DNA from: Octopus sinensis
Taxonomy: Eukaryota
DNA length: 64,000 nt
Reading direction: 5' to 3'
NCBI RefSeq assembly: GCF_006345805.1
Contig: NC_043023.1
Location: forward strand, 19,902,001 to 19,966,000
Shown here: positions 51,017 to 64,000 of the stretch, in pieces
Layout: every line of letters starts with the position of its first letter
Numbering within the stretch: the stretch's first letter is position 1
Position numbers and translations under genes: made by a program
Notes under the pieces: generated by a model
Told to the model about the DNA's origin: nothing
The model's database searches: none
The model's input: the letters and a program-made list of their open reading frames with translations, nothing else

Positions 51017-51929
51017 CAACAGATTTCTAGCAGATCTAGCTACCGTGTAGAGGTCTCTCTCATTGGCTCATACATACATATATACTTAGATAAGAGAGTA
51101 GGGTGTGATTTGAGGGAGATTCGGCTGCTATTTCTAGCAGGTCTAGCTACCATGTAGAGGTCTCCCTCATTGGCTCATGCATACATATATACATAGATAA
51201 GAGAGTAGGGTGTGATTTGGGGGGAGATTTGGCTGCTATTTCTAGCAGGTCTAGCTACCATATAGAGGTCTCCCTCATTGGCTCATACATACACATATAC
51301 ATAGATAAGAGAGTAGGGTGTGATTTGGGGGGAGATTTAGCTGCTATTTCTAGCAGGTCTAGCTACCATGTAGAGGTCTCCCTCATTGGCTCATACATAC
51401 ATATATACATAGATAAGAGAGTAGGGTGTGATTTAAGGGAGATTTGGCTGCTACTTTCTAGCAGGTCTAGCTACTATGTAGAGGTCTCCCCCATTGACTC
51501 ATACATACATATATACATAGATAAGAGAGTAGGGTGTGATTTGAGGGAAATTTGGCTGCTATTTCTACCAGGTCTAGCTACTATGTAGAGGTCTCCCTCA
51601 TTGGCTCATACATACATATATACATAGATAAGAGAGTAGGGTGTGATTTGAGGGAGATTTGGCTGCTATTTCTACCAGGTCTAGCTACCATGTAGAGGTC
51701 TCCCTCATTGGCTCATACATACATAAATACATAGATAAGAGAGTAGGTGTGATTTGAGGGAAATTTGGCTGCTATTTCTACCAGGTCTAGCTACCATGTA
51801 GAGGTCTCCCTCATTGGCTCATACATACATATATACATAGATAAGAGAGTAGGGTGTGGTGGTATTGGTGGTTGTGGTGGTGGTGATGGTGGTGGTTGCA
51901 TGTGTTGGCATTATAAAATGCTGGAATCA

Positions 51930-52002
<73 letters not shown>

Positions 52003-52359
52003 TTCGTTTTTGGATTTGGGTGCAAGATTCTTTATATGAGTTTGTGTGTTGAAGCATATTCTGTTGTGTCTGGGGAGGGTCATTCTCTTTCAGTGCCTTA
52101 TTATTTAACACACTCACCGGTAAAATTTCCACTCATTCCCTTATTTTCATTTTCCTAAGATTTCCGTTGCGTCTTGCAACTTTTTCAATAGTTGTGGATA
52201 AGACAGAAAGTTATCAAAAAGGTTGCAAGATGCAATGAAAATTTTAGGAAAATAAACAAGAAAATGAGTGGAAATTTGACCAGTGAGTGTGTTAATAATA
52301 AGGCACTAAAAGAGAATGACCCTCCCACACACAACAGTGTGTGTGTGTGTGTGTGTATG

Positions 52360-52391
<32 letters not shown>

Positions 52392-53459
52392 GCCAGCCTG
52401 CAGCCTCGTCTGGCACCTGTGTCGGTGGCACATAAAAAACACCATCCGAGCGTGGTCGTCTGCTAGCCTTTTCTGGCACCTGTCGGTGGCACATAAAAAC
52501 ACCATCCGAGCGTGGCCGTTCGCCAGCTTCGTCTGGCACTGTGTCGGGTGCACATAAAAACACCATCCGAGCGTGGCCGTTCGCCAGCCTCGTCTGGCAC
52601 CGTGTCGGTGGCACATAAAAACACCATCCGAGCGTGGCCGTTCGCCAGCCTCGTCTGGCACCTGTGTCGGTGGCACATAAAAACACCATCCGAGCGTGGC
52701 CGTTCGCCAGCCTCGTCTGGCACCTGTGTCGGTGGCACATAAAAACACCATCCGAGCGTGGCCGTTCGCCAGCCTCATCTGGCACCTGTGTCGGTGGCAC
52801 ATGAAAAACACCATCCGAGCGTGGCCGTTCGCCAGCCTCGTCTGGCACCTGTGTCGGTGGCACATAAAAACACCATCCGAGCGTGGCCGTTCGCCAGCCT
52901 CGTCTGGCACCTGTGTCGGTGGCACATAAAAAACACCATCCGAGCGTGGCCGTTCGCCAGCCTCGTCTGGCACCTGTGTCGGTGACACATAAAAAACACC
53001 ATCCGAGCGTGGCCGTTCGCCAGCCTCATCTGGCACCTGTGTCGGCGGCACATAAAAAACACCATCTGAGCGTGGCCGTTCGCCAGCCTCGTCTGGCACC
53101 TGTGTCGGTGGCACATAAAATCACCCACTACACTCTCGGAGTGGTTGGCGTTAGGAAGGGCATCCAGCTGTAGAAACACTGCCAGATCTGACTGGAGCCT
53201 GGTGCATCCTTCGGGCTCCCCAGACCCCAGTTGAACCGTCCAACCAATACTAGCATGGAAAGCGGACGTTAAATGATATTGATGATGATGATGATGATGT
53301 AAACTTTATTTAAAGCAGCAGAAAATTCAACAAAACCTGTTACTCTGAGTTTCCCGTTCCCGTTCGCCGGACAGTTTTTGCTTTTACTCTACCACTGGTA
53401 TTTGAGTACTCTTTTTTCCACCTTGCTTCACATTTATATGTTTACTCCGGTATATATAT

Positions 53460-53504
<45 letters not shown>

Positions 53505-53958
53505 GGGAGGTGGGGCTGACAGAACAGAACACTGCACCACCACCACCACCTCCACCACCGCCACCACCGCCCTACTGTAACCTCATTCTTCTGGTTAGCA
53601 CCTCCACCACCACCACCACCCAACCATCATTAACACTATCCTTCCTTCCCCCCCCTCCCTGCTCATGCCACTACACAACCCACCACCACCACCACTACCA
53701 CCATTACAACCCCCACCACCACCACCACCACACTACCACCATACAACCGCCACCACCACCACCATCACCCTGCCATCATTAACACAATCATGCCATGCCA
53801 ATATCACAACTACCACCACCACCACAACATCACACCACACCAATACTAACTCCTACACAACCCGCCTCCCCCCACGCCAGCTTCATTCCACTCCTACAAC
53901 CACCACCACCACCACCACCACCACCACTGTCACCAGTACCTCCACCGCAGCTACCACC

Positions 53959-53989
<31 letters not shown>

Positions 53990-54623
53990 GCAACAATAAC
54001 AAAAGGACTCCTGGCATTATGTTCATAACCTCCACAGCCAACCTCACCACCACCACCACCACCACCACCACCACAACATCACACCCACCTCTATACTATC
54101 TCCTACACTTCCCAACCACACTTCCGAACCATTCCCCTTTGATTCCTGCCACGGCTATCACCACAAGACCAGATGACAAAAACGGTGTATTTAGTATTGT
54201 ATGAACATAGATATATTTATATACATTTACAGAGTGTACAGGACTTTTAATATACATACATGCAATGCATATATACATATTGCATACACACAGACACACC
54301 ACCACACACACATACATGCATATATATATATATATATATTCAACAGCATTAAGGAAGGCCCTGATAGGTCATTCAACCCACTAGAAAGAGCAGCCAATAC
54401 TCAAACCGCTAAACAGTAATAATTAAGAAATCAAAGGAAATTTAAAAACATGGCCTATCAGGGCCGTTCCTTATGTTGTTGAATTAATATATATATATAT
54501 ATATGCATGTATATATGTGTGTTGAATTTATATATATAGTCTGTGACTATTTTCTCTTTCTCACTCGATCGCTGGTGGCCCAAAAATTTCTATTGAATTT
54601 TTTGCTACCCTTATATGGATTAA

Positions 54624-54674
<51 letters not shown>

Positions 54675-56297
54675 GCATACATACACACACACATATATAT
54701 ATATATGAGATATATATATATATATAATAAAACAGGCACAGGAGTGGCTGTGTGTAAGTAGCTTGCTAACAACCACATAGTTCCGGGTTCAGTCCCACTG
54801 CGTGCATGTTGGGCGAGTGTCTTCTGCTATAGCCCCAGGCTGACCAATGCCTTGTGAGTGGATTTGGTAGACGGAAACTGAAAGAAGCCTGTTGTTATAT
54901 GTTATATATATATATCTATATATATATATGTATGTGAGTGTGTTTGTGTGTCTGTGTTTGTCCCCCTAGCATTGATTGACAACAGATGCTGGTGTGGTTT
55001 TCGTCGCCGTCACTTAGCGGTTCGGCAAAAGAGACCGATAGAATAGTACTTGGGCTTACAAAGAATAAGTCCCGGGGTCAATTTGGTCGACTAAAGGCGG
55101 TGCTCCAGCATGGTATATATATATATATATTATATACAACAGATTTCTAGCAGATCTAGCTACCATGTAGAGGTCTCTCTCATTGGCTCATACATACATA
55201 TATACTTAGATAAGAGAGTAGGGTGTGATTTGAGGAGATTTTGGCTGTTATTTCTAGCAGGTCTAGCTACCATGTAGAGGTCTCCCTCATTGGCTCATAC
55301 ATACATATATATAGATAAGAGAGTAGGGTGTGATATGAGGGGGATTTGGCTGTTATTTCTACCAGGTCTATCTACCATGTAGAGGTCTCCCTCATTGGCT
55401 CATACATACATATATACATAGATAAGAGAGTAGGGTGTGATTTGGGGGGAGATTTGGCTGCTATTTCTAGCAGGTCTAGCTACCATGTAGAGGTCTCCTT
55501 CATTGGCTCATACGTAAATACATAGATAAGAGAGTAGGGTGTGATTTGAGGGAGATTTGGCTGCTAATTCTAGCAGGTCTAGCTACCATGTAGAGGTCTC
55601 CCTCATTGGCTCATACATACATATATACATAGATAAGAGAGTAGGGTGTGATTTGGGGGGAGATTTGGCTGCTATTTCTAGCAGGTCTAGCTACCATGTA
55701 GAGGTCTCCCTCATTGGCTCATACATACATATATACATAGATAAGAGAGTAGGGTGTGATTTGGGGGGAGATTTGGCTGCTATTTGTAGCAGGTCTAGCT
55801 ACCAATGTAGAGGTCCCCTCATTGGCTCATACATACTATATACATAGATAAGAAGTAGGGTGTGATTTGGGGGGAGATTTGGCTGCTATTTGTAGCAGGT
55901 CTAGCTACCATGTAGAGGTCTCCCTCATTGGCTCATACATACATATTACATAGATAAGAGAGTAGGGTGTGATTTGGGGGGAGATTTGTGCTGCTATTTG
56001 TAGCAGGTCTAGCTACCATGTAGAGGTCTCCCTTGGCTCATACATACATATATACATAGATAAGAGAGTAGGGTGTTGATTTGAGGGAAATTTGGCTGCT
56101 ATTTCTACCAGGTCTAGCTACCATGTATAGGTCTCCCTCATTGGCTCATACATACATATATACATACATAGGAGAGAAGTGTTGTGTGGTATTGGTGTTT
56201 TGTGGTGGTGGTGATGGTGGTGGTATTGGTGTTTGTGGTGTGGTGATGGTGGTGGTTGCATGTGTTGGCATTATAAAATGCTGGAATCAGATACACA

Positions 56298-56328
<31 letters not shown>

Positions 56329-56898
56329 ACACATATTTCGTTTTGGATTTGGTTTGCAAGATTCTTTATATGAGTTTGTGTGTTGAAGCATATTCTGTTG
56401 TGTCTGGGAGGGTCATTCTCTTTCAGTGCCTTATTATTTAACACACTCACCGGTAAAATTCCACTCATTCCCTATTTCATTTTCCTAAGATTTCCGTTGC
56501 GTCTTGCAACCTTTTCAATAGTTTGTGAATAAGACAGAAAGTTATCAAAAAGTTGCAAGATGCAATGAAAATTTTAGGAAAATAAACAAGTAAATGAGTG
56601 GAATTTGACCAGTGAGTGTGTTAAATAATAAGGCACTAAAAGAGAATGACCCTCCCAACCACAACAGTGTGTGTGTGTGTATGTGTGTATGTATATATAT
56701 AATATATATATATTCTAAGCAATAAAGGGTTAGCACAGCATTGCCTTACCACATACCGAATTTAGAAATAGCAGTCAAAGAGTTATAGCTATTTCTTCTA
56801 CTAAAAAGGGAGATCTCAGTAAAAACAGCAATTGGAAGGCAGACACAAACAGGTAAGAGAGAATGAATTGACGCAATCTATCATACAATTTTAAGTTA

Positions 56899-56998
56899 TC
56901 TACGGACGTACGTTTCGAAATCAAGTTTTTAGGAATGCATAAGAATTTAATATTAAATAATTCTACCTTAACAAAACTTCTTTTCTCTTCAGCGTAGA
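56899..56998 (-). ncRNA. Type I hammerhead ribozyme, apparently intact
   Basis: Stem I UCUACG/CGUAGA, CUGAAGA, stem II GAAA/UUUC extended, GAAA, palindromic stem III ACGUACGU, GUC site. Confidence 0.8.
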
Positions 56999-58527
56999 AT
57001 ACTATAATCATAAATGATTATTATTGAATTTTGAGATACTAGAAGGCACCAACTCAACTCAGTATCAGAGCGAGCCAGAATCCGCAACTAGTATCACTAA
57101 ATTCAAAGTGTGAAATGAAAGATTGTGTCACCAGCCCCTTCCCACCCGCGTGTAAACCAAAAAAGATGCTGTGGTCATCTACTGAGAAAATATGGTTATC
57201 CGTAATAATGAAGGGTGAAATTAATTAATTTGAATAATTATCAATTACACCAAGTAGTCTTCGGCATGTAAAAGCCTCATTCGAGGAAAATTTAAGTAAT
57301 ACTAAGCAATAAAGGGCTTAGCAACGAATTGCCTTACACATACCAAATTTAGAAATAGCAGTCAAAGAGTTATAGCTATTTTCTTTCTAAATAATATAAT
57401 ATATATGCCAGCCTCGTCTGGCACCTGTGTCGGTGGCACATAAAAACACCATCCGAGCGTGGCCGTTCGCCAGCTTCGTCTGACACCTGTGTCGGTGGCA
57501 CATAAAAACACCATCCGAGCGTGGCCGTCGCCAAGCCTCGTCTGGCACCTGTGTCAGTGGCACATAAAAAACCACCATCCAAGCGTGGCCGTTCGCCAGC
57601 CTCATCTGGCACCTGTGTCGGTGGCACATAAAAAACACCATCCGAGCGTGGCCGTTCGCCAGCCTCGTCTGGCACCTGTGTCGTGGCATATAAAAAACAC
57701 CATCCGAGCGTGGCCGTTCGCCAGCCTCATCTGGCACCTATGTCGGTGGCACATAAAAACACCATCCGAGCGTGGCCATTCGCCAGCCTCGTCTGGCACC
57801 TGTGTCGTGGCACATAAAAAACACCATCCGAGTGTGGCCGTTCGCCAGCCTCGTCTGGCACCTGTGGGTCGGTTGCACATAAAAAACACATCCAAGCGTG
57901 ACCGTTCGCCAGCCTCGTCTCGCACCTGTGTCGGTGGCACATAAAAAACACCATCCGAGCGTGGCCATTCGCCAGCCTCGTCTGGCACCTGTGTCGGTGG
58001 ACATAAAAAACACCATCCAAGCGTGACCGTTCGCCAGCCTCGTCTGGCACCTGTGGGTCGGTGGCACATAAAAACACCATCCGAGCGTGGCCGTTCGCCA
58101 GCCTCATCTGGCACCTGTGCGGTGGCACATAAAAAACACCATCCGAGCGTGGCCGTTCGCCAGCCTCGTCTGGCACCTGTGTCGTGGCACATAAAATCAC
58201 CCACTACACTCTCGGAGTGGTTGGCGTTAGGAAGGGCATGCTGTAGAAACACTGCCAGATCTGACTGGAGCCTGGTGCATCCTTCGGGCTCCCAGACCCC
58301 AGTTGAACCGTCCAACCCATACTAGCATGGAAAGCGACGTTAAATGATGATGATGATGATGATGATGATGTTATACTTTATTTAAAGCAGCAGAAAATTC
58401 AACAAAACCTGTTACTCTGAGTTTCCCGTTCCCGTTCGCCGGACAGTTTTTGCTATTACTCTACCACTGGTATTTGAGTACTCTTTTTTCCACCTTGCTT
58501 CACATTTATATGTTTACTTCCGGTATA

Positions 58528-58569
<42 letters not shown>

Positions 58570-60276
58570 TATATATGGGAGGTGGGGCTGACAGAACAGA
58601 ACACTGCACCACCACCACCACCTCCACCACCTCCACCACCGCCACTACTGTAACCTCATTCTTCTGTTTAGCACACCCACCACCACCACCACCCAACCAT
58701 CATTAACACTATCCTTCCCCCCTCCCTGCTCATGCCAACTACCACCCCACCACCACCACCACCACTACCACCATTACAACCGCCACCACCACCACCATCC
58801 CCCTGCCATCATTAACACAATCATGCCATGCCAATATCACAACTACCACCACCACCACAACATCACACCACACCAATACTAACTCCTACACAACCCGCCT
58901 CCCCCCATGCCAGCTTCATTCTACTCCTACAACCACCACCACCACCACCACCACCACCACCACTGTCACCAGTACTTCCACCGCAGCCACAACCACCACC
59001 CCCACTGTCACCACTACCTCCACTGCAGCTACCACCACCACCACCACCACCACCACCACCACTGTCACCAGTACCTCCACCGCAGCCACAACCACCACCA
59101 CCACTGTCACCAGTACCTCCACCGCAGCCACAACCACCACCAACACTGTCACCACTACCTCCACCGCAGCCACCACCACCACCCCCACTGTCACCACTAC
59201 CTCCACCGCAGCCACCACCACCACCACCACCACCACCACAACATCACACCACCTCTATACTATCTCCTACACTTCCCAACCACACTTCCGACCCATTCCC
59301 CTTTGATTCCTGCCACGGCTATCACCACAAGACCAGATGAACAAAAACGGTGTATTTAGTATTGTATGAACATAGATATATTTATATACATTTACAGAGT
59401 GTACAGGACTTTTAATATACATACATGCATGCATATATACATATTGCATACACACAGACACACACCACACACACCACATATACATGCATATATATATATT
59501 ATATATATATATATATATATATTCAACAACATTAAGGAACGGCCCTGATAGGTCATTCGACCCACTAGAAAGAGCAGCCAATACAAAAAACGCGCTAAAC
59601 AGTAATAATTCAGAAATCAAAAGAAAATTAAAAAACATGGCCTATCAGGGCCGTTCCTTAAGTTGTTTGAATTGATATATATATATGCATGTATATATGT
59701 GTGTTGAATTTTATATATATAGTCTGTAACTATTTTCTCTTTCTCACTCGACCGCTGGTGGCCCAAAAATTTCTATGAATTTTGCTACCCTTATATGGAT
59801 TAATATATACATATATATATATACATGCATACATATATATATATATATATATAATAAACATAGGAGTGGCTGGGTGGTAAATAGCTTGCTAACCAACCAC
59901 ATCGTTCCGGGTTCAGTCCCACTGCGTTGGCATCTTGGGCAAGTGTCTTCTGCTTATAAGCCCCGGGCCGACCAATGCCTTGTGAGTGGATTTGGTAGAC
60001 GGAAACTGAAAGAAGCCTGTCGTATATATGTATATATATAATATATGTATGTGTGTGGTTTGTGTCTGTGTTTGTCCCCTTAGCATTGCTTGACAACAGA
60101 TGCTGGTGTGTTTACGTCCCCGTCAATTAGCGGTTCGGCATAAGAGACCGATAGAATAAGTACTGGGCTTACAAAGAATAAGTCCCGGGGTCAATTGGTC
60201 GACTAGAGGCGTGCTCCAGCATGGCATATATATATATATATGTATATATAATATATATATAATATATATATATATA

Positions 60277-60347
<71 letters not shown>

Positions 60348-60348
60348 A

Positions 60349-60382
<34 letters not shown>

Positions 60383-60393
60383 ATATATATATA

Positions 60394-62042
60394 CTAGCAG
60401 TATCGCCCGGTGTTGCTCGGGTTTGTTTCGACCTGCTGGAATTGTAATTTTGAAAAGTAAAATTTTGTGAACATTTTCTGGTCGAAATACACCGAAAAGT
60501 GGCGACACAGCAGTGAAAAAATCGTAAAAAATAGGGATTTTCATAGAAAAAAAGCATCTTTTTGATGTAAATAATTTTTGGTTTTAACATGGTCCAATTT
60601 GAATTTTATGTTCTACGGAAGGAAGGGCAACCCTTCTTCTACCATACTCTCAATTTGGTCAACTTGCGCCGCAGGGTCTCGAGGAGATAGTGTTAGTTGA
60701 AGGTACCATTCTAGGTGTCTGAGTAACAACCTCGCGGATTTACAGATAAATGAATTAATTACTATTTTACAGAATAAAATTAAATAATTCTTGAAAATTA
60801 ATTAATATTAATATTTTTTGAACAAAGTAAATAATTTTTAAAACTTAAATAATAATTTTTTTTACACAAACGCGAACGGGGAAAAGGGGGTGGCGAATTC
60901 GATTTACATACCTAAATTTTTTTTTCATGACATTGTAGCAAAATAGTAGTGAATTATAAATACCAGCAGTACATTTTTTTTTTCTGGGGTATTTTTTTTC
61001 AACCTCGTCACATATTTGCCCCTTTCAATTTAAACAAAGTCTTAATTAAGCAATTACGGCAGCTTAGCAATGGTTTCAATACAGGCGTGACATGTGTATC
61101 TCATTGTTCAAAAACCCTTCGAATTTTTTCGCACGTGATGATATCATAGTGAAAACTTTCAATACGCGCGCTTAGAAGTATGCTCGCAAATTAATACTAC
61201 CAAAATTTTGAAGTTCGCGCTCCGCTTGTGTGTGTGTGTGCGTGCTTTAGGTGTACGTAGGTATGTGTTTTTGTGTGTGTGTGTCACTGAAGCCATACAT
61301 ACATATATACATACATACCTCTCTCTCTCTTTTCTCTCTCAGTCACTCACTACAAAAAGTGAATAAAAAAAGTTCAGTATTTCTGTCTTTCACTCTGTCT
61401 GTCTCTTTACACACACTAACAAAGCACTTCACTTACACACCACACTTTCTGTGTCGCACAACCCATCAAAACACACACACACACACACACACACACCACT
61501 CACGCACGCACACATGTACATCAATGCTTTCGGAGTGAAATGTTAAAATATTGAGCTTTCTCGAATTTTGTCTTAATTGGGGGTGAAATTGAAAGAAATA
61601 TATTATGGCATGACCGAATGTGTACTTGAAAAATCTTAGGTAAACTCTAATTGAAGAAATTGTGTGTGAGGAGTAAATCGTTATGTATTTATTTGTTTCT
61701 GTTGCTGTGTTTTTTTATTTTTTGATTAGTGGTTAAATACTTTCAGTTTAGTCTTCCTCAAATCACTCTGTCGCTATTTACTTTCATTATTCGTTGCACA
61801 CTGTGTGTGTGCGTGTGCGTGTGGTGTAACCACATTAAGAAAAAGCATTTGACATACACACCAGAATGTGAGTTTTCTGTAAATTTTGCTTAATTGGAGT
61901 TTAAATTTTAAAACTGGACCTGGCATGACCCGATGCATTCTACTCTTAAAATGCTAGGTAAATTGTAATTGAAGAAATCCTATATTGTAGATTTCTATAA
62001 GTTACAAAGGGAGGCAGATAAAATCTGCCTTTTATAATGAGA
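60394..62042 (-). mobile_element. Non-autonomous Helitron (~1.65 kb)
   Basis: Same 3' hairpin + CTAG as 34203; TC 5' end at 62042. Confidence 0.7.
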
Positions 62043-62439
62043 TTCTACCAGTATATGGAGTTTAAAAGTGTTTAGTTACGTGGAAATTATTAAAAAAAAC
62101 AGCCGTTCAAACGGAAAAGATCCCCATCTAGCCCTGTCATATTGTGTATGTTATGCTGAATCTCCCTGTGAACTACATTAAGGGTATGTGTGTCTGTGGA
62201 GTACTCAGCCACTTGTGCATTAACTTCATGAGCAGGCTGTTCCATTGATCAGATCAAAAGAAACAAATGTTGTCATAACCGGCCGAGTGCTCCTAATGTG
62301 CTTTGTCTGACCCATGCAAGCATGGAAAAGAGATGTTAAAACGATGATGATGATTAGAAAAATAACCCTGAAATATTTCCTCAGGAAAATCTTTCCCACA
62401 CAAGTTTTCGATGTTAAGCGAGAAGGGTGGAGCAAACCA

Positions 62440-63106
62440 AAGACATTTCTGCGGCGCTTCCTTTCCTGGTGTCAGGGCCTGGCATGTAGGAGAGGCAGTC
62501 CTTAAATCCACTCCATGCCAGTGCCTCATTGTAGAAAGGGGCAGCAGCGTCAAAGCTATCTTGGTTCGAGGACAGATTCGAGATCCTCTTGCTTACACCT
62601 CTCACTAGGTTCTTGAAAAATATAGGGCTGGTGCCAGTTCTAATGCAAGACATTCTCTGGTTTGGCTTGTGATAAAGCTTGTGTCTACCAGAGCACAGAT
62701 TGAAAGTAACATGGAAGAAAGTTACTGTGAGGAGTTTAGTCTTGTGTTGAGGTCCAGAAGGCAAGTTGCTGAAATGGGAAACTAACGAATTGTGGTTCTA
62801 ATCGTTCTGCACATTTATCAGTGTGATAACTGAGGTATATTCGGCGATATTGTGGGGAGGAAATTTGTTGTTTGTGGACCATACAGCTCTTTTGGATTAA
62901 AATTCCTCTCGAATCAATTTAGTTTCGAAGGCAGCCCAAGCATCTGATTATGTAAATGAGGTTTTGGGGTGTGCAAGGGACGTTGGATTTGATTTTGAAT
63001 ATTTGCCCTTGTCTGAAATGGAATTCCGATCCTTCTAAAAGATTTTCTGAAAATAGGTGAACCACACTTTACAACTCTTGCATCTGTTGTTCTATTATTA
63101 TTATTA

Positions 63107-63152
<46 letters not shown>

Positions 63153-63250
63153 CATCGTCATTTTGTAGAAGATGGGTCTTTGAATTCACTTATATCACAT
63201 TCTAGAAAGAACATTGGTTGATTCTCTTCAAGTGTAGGATAAGTTAAAAT
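62440..63250 (-). pseudogene. Penelope-like element RT fragment, interrupted by (TTA)n
   Basis: FFHVTFNL..LYHKPN..KNLVRGVSKRISNLSSNQDSFDAAAPFYNEALAWSGF resembles the PLE RT thumb region. Confidence 0.75.
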
Positions 63251-63450
63251 CTAAAAATAATTACTTATGCTGAATGAAAATTTTCCTTGCTACCCCAAAT
63301 TCAGTTGCTTTTTTTGTTTTATGAGTAATTCGGTGAGATTTCTGCTAATAATTACCCCCAATCTGAAGCAGAAGGAGAGTCTATTTTCAGACAATCACAC
63401 TGAGATAAGCAGTGTTATATGTCTTTTAACTATGTTATGAGTTCATTTAA

Positions 63451-63668
63451 CCCTTTAGTGTTCAGATTACTCTGTTAAATGTATACTTTTTCGCTCAAAT
63501 GTTTTGAATTAATCATGCATTGTCTAATAGCTCTGAGGGTTTCATGATGGTGTGATGTTTATTTCAGATGTCAATGTAGGTTTGGGTGAGAGGGCCAGAT
63601 ATCGCCCGTTTGAATATAAAACATGTAGAACATCTGGGCCAGATATGGCCGATTTAAACACTAAAGGG
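63451..63668. mobile_element. piggyBac-type MITE
   Basis: TTAA both sides; TIRs ccctttagtgttcagat / atttaaacactaaaggg. Confidence 0.85.
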
Positions 63669-64000
63669 TTAAACCGGTTATATCCGGCCCAAATTTCTAC
63701 TCAATTTATGCTCAAACTGGGGAATAGTTTGGCATTGGTGAGAATCTTCAACAAGTAAGACTGAATAAAGAAGACTCATTTATCTCCAAATACAGACCAA
63801 ATAAATAAATATGAACCCATATTAAAAATAAAGGACTTACCCCATCTAATGTAGGGTATAAGCCAGAAAAATGTAGGGCATAAGCCAGAAAAAAAAAATA
63901 GAGAGAACAAATAAAAATTTACAGATTTACCTCCCCTAAACTGTAAAATATATGAATGAACAATTATCTCCACTTGCCGTATATATTTTTTTTCAACTCT

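Larger units (their letters stand above)
36640..60226. repeat. Composite macrosatellite, ~5 units of 3.3-6.1 kb
   Basis: SINE head recurs at ~36653, 41226, 44486, 50612, 54735 and 59860 with the same module order between. Confidence 0.95.

Overview
Eukaryotic, repeat-rich animal DNA, most likely an octopod cephalopod (inferred from the SINE families, the GC-rich expanded rRNAs and the dense (TA)n/(CA)n microsatellites). The left third is a nested insertion. A LINE reverse-transcriptase fragment (505-17497) is interrupted by a Tc1 element (539-2178) and by a ~14.6 kb block (2858-17422) bounded by TTAA on both sides. That block is the 3' end of an R2-like element joined at the canonical 28S R2 site, followed by one circularly permuted rDNA repeat on the minus strand (28S 3' part, 3'ETS/IGS, 5'ETS, 18S, ITS1, 5.8S, ITS2, 28S 5' part), which stops 13 nt before the next R2 site. 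The spacer carries degenerate copies of the R2 target region. The middle holds the 3' exons of a RING + death-domain gene, several type I hammerhead ribozymes and transposon relics. After a 100-N gap lies a ~24 kb macrosatellite of 3.3-6.1 kb units built from SINEs, 39/63/107-bp sub-satellites (the 107-mer has a partial HDV-like fold) and hammerhead-bearing inserts. Nearly all ORFs in the supplied track are spurious. All alignments and folds were done by eye.
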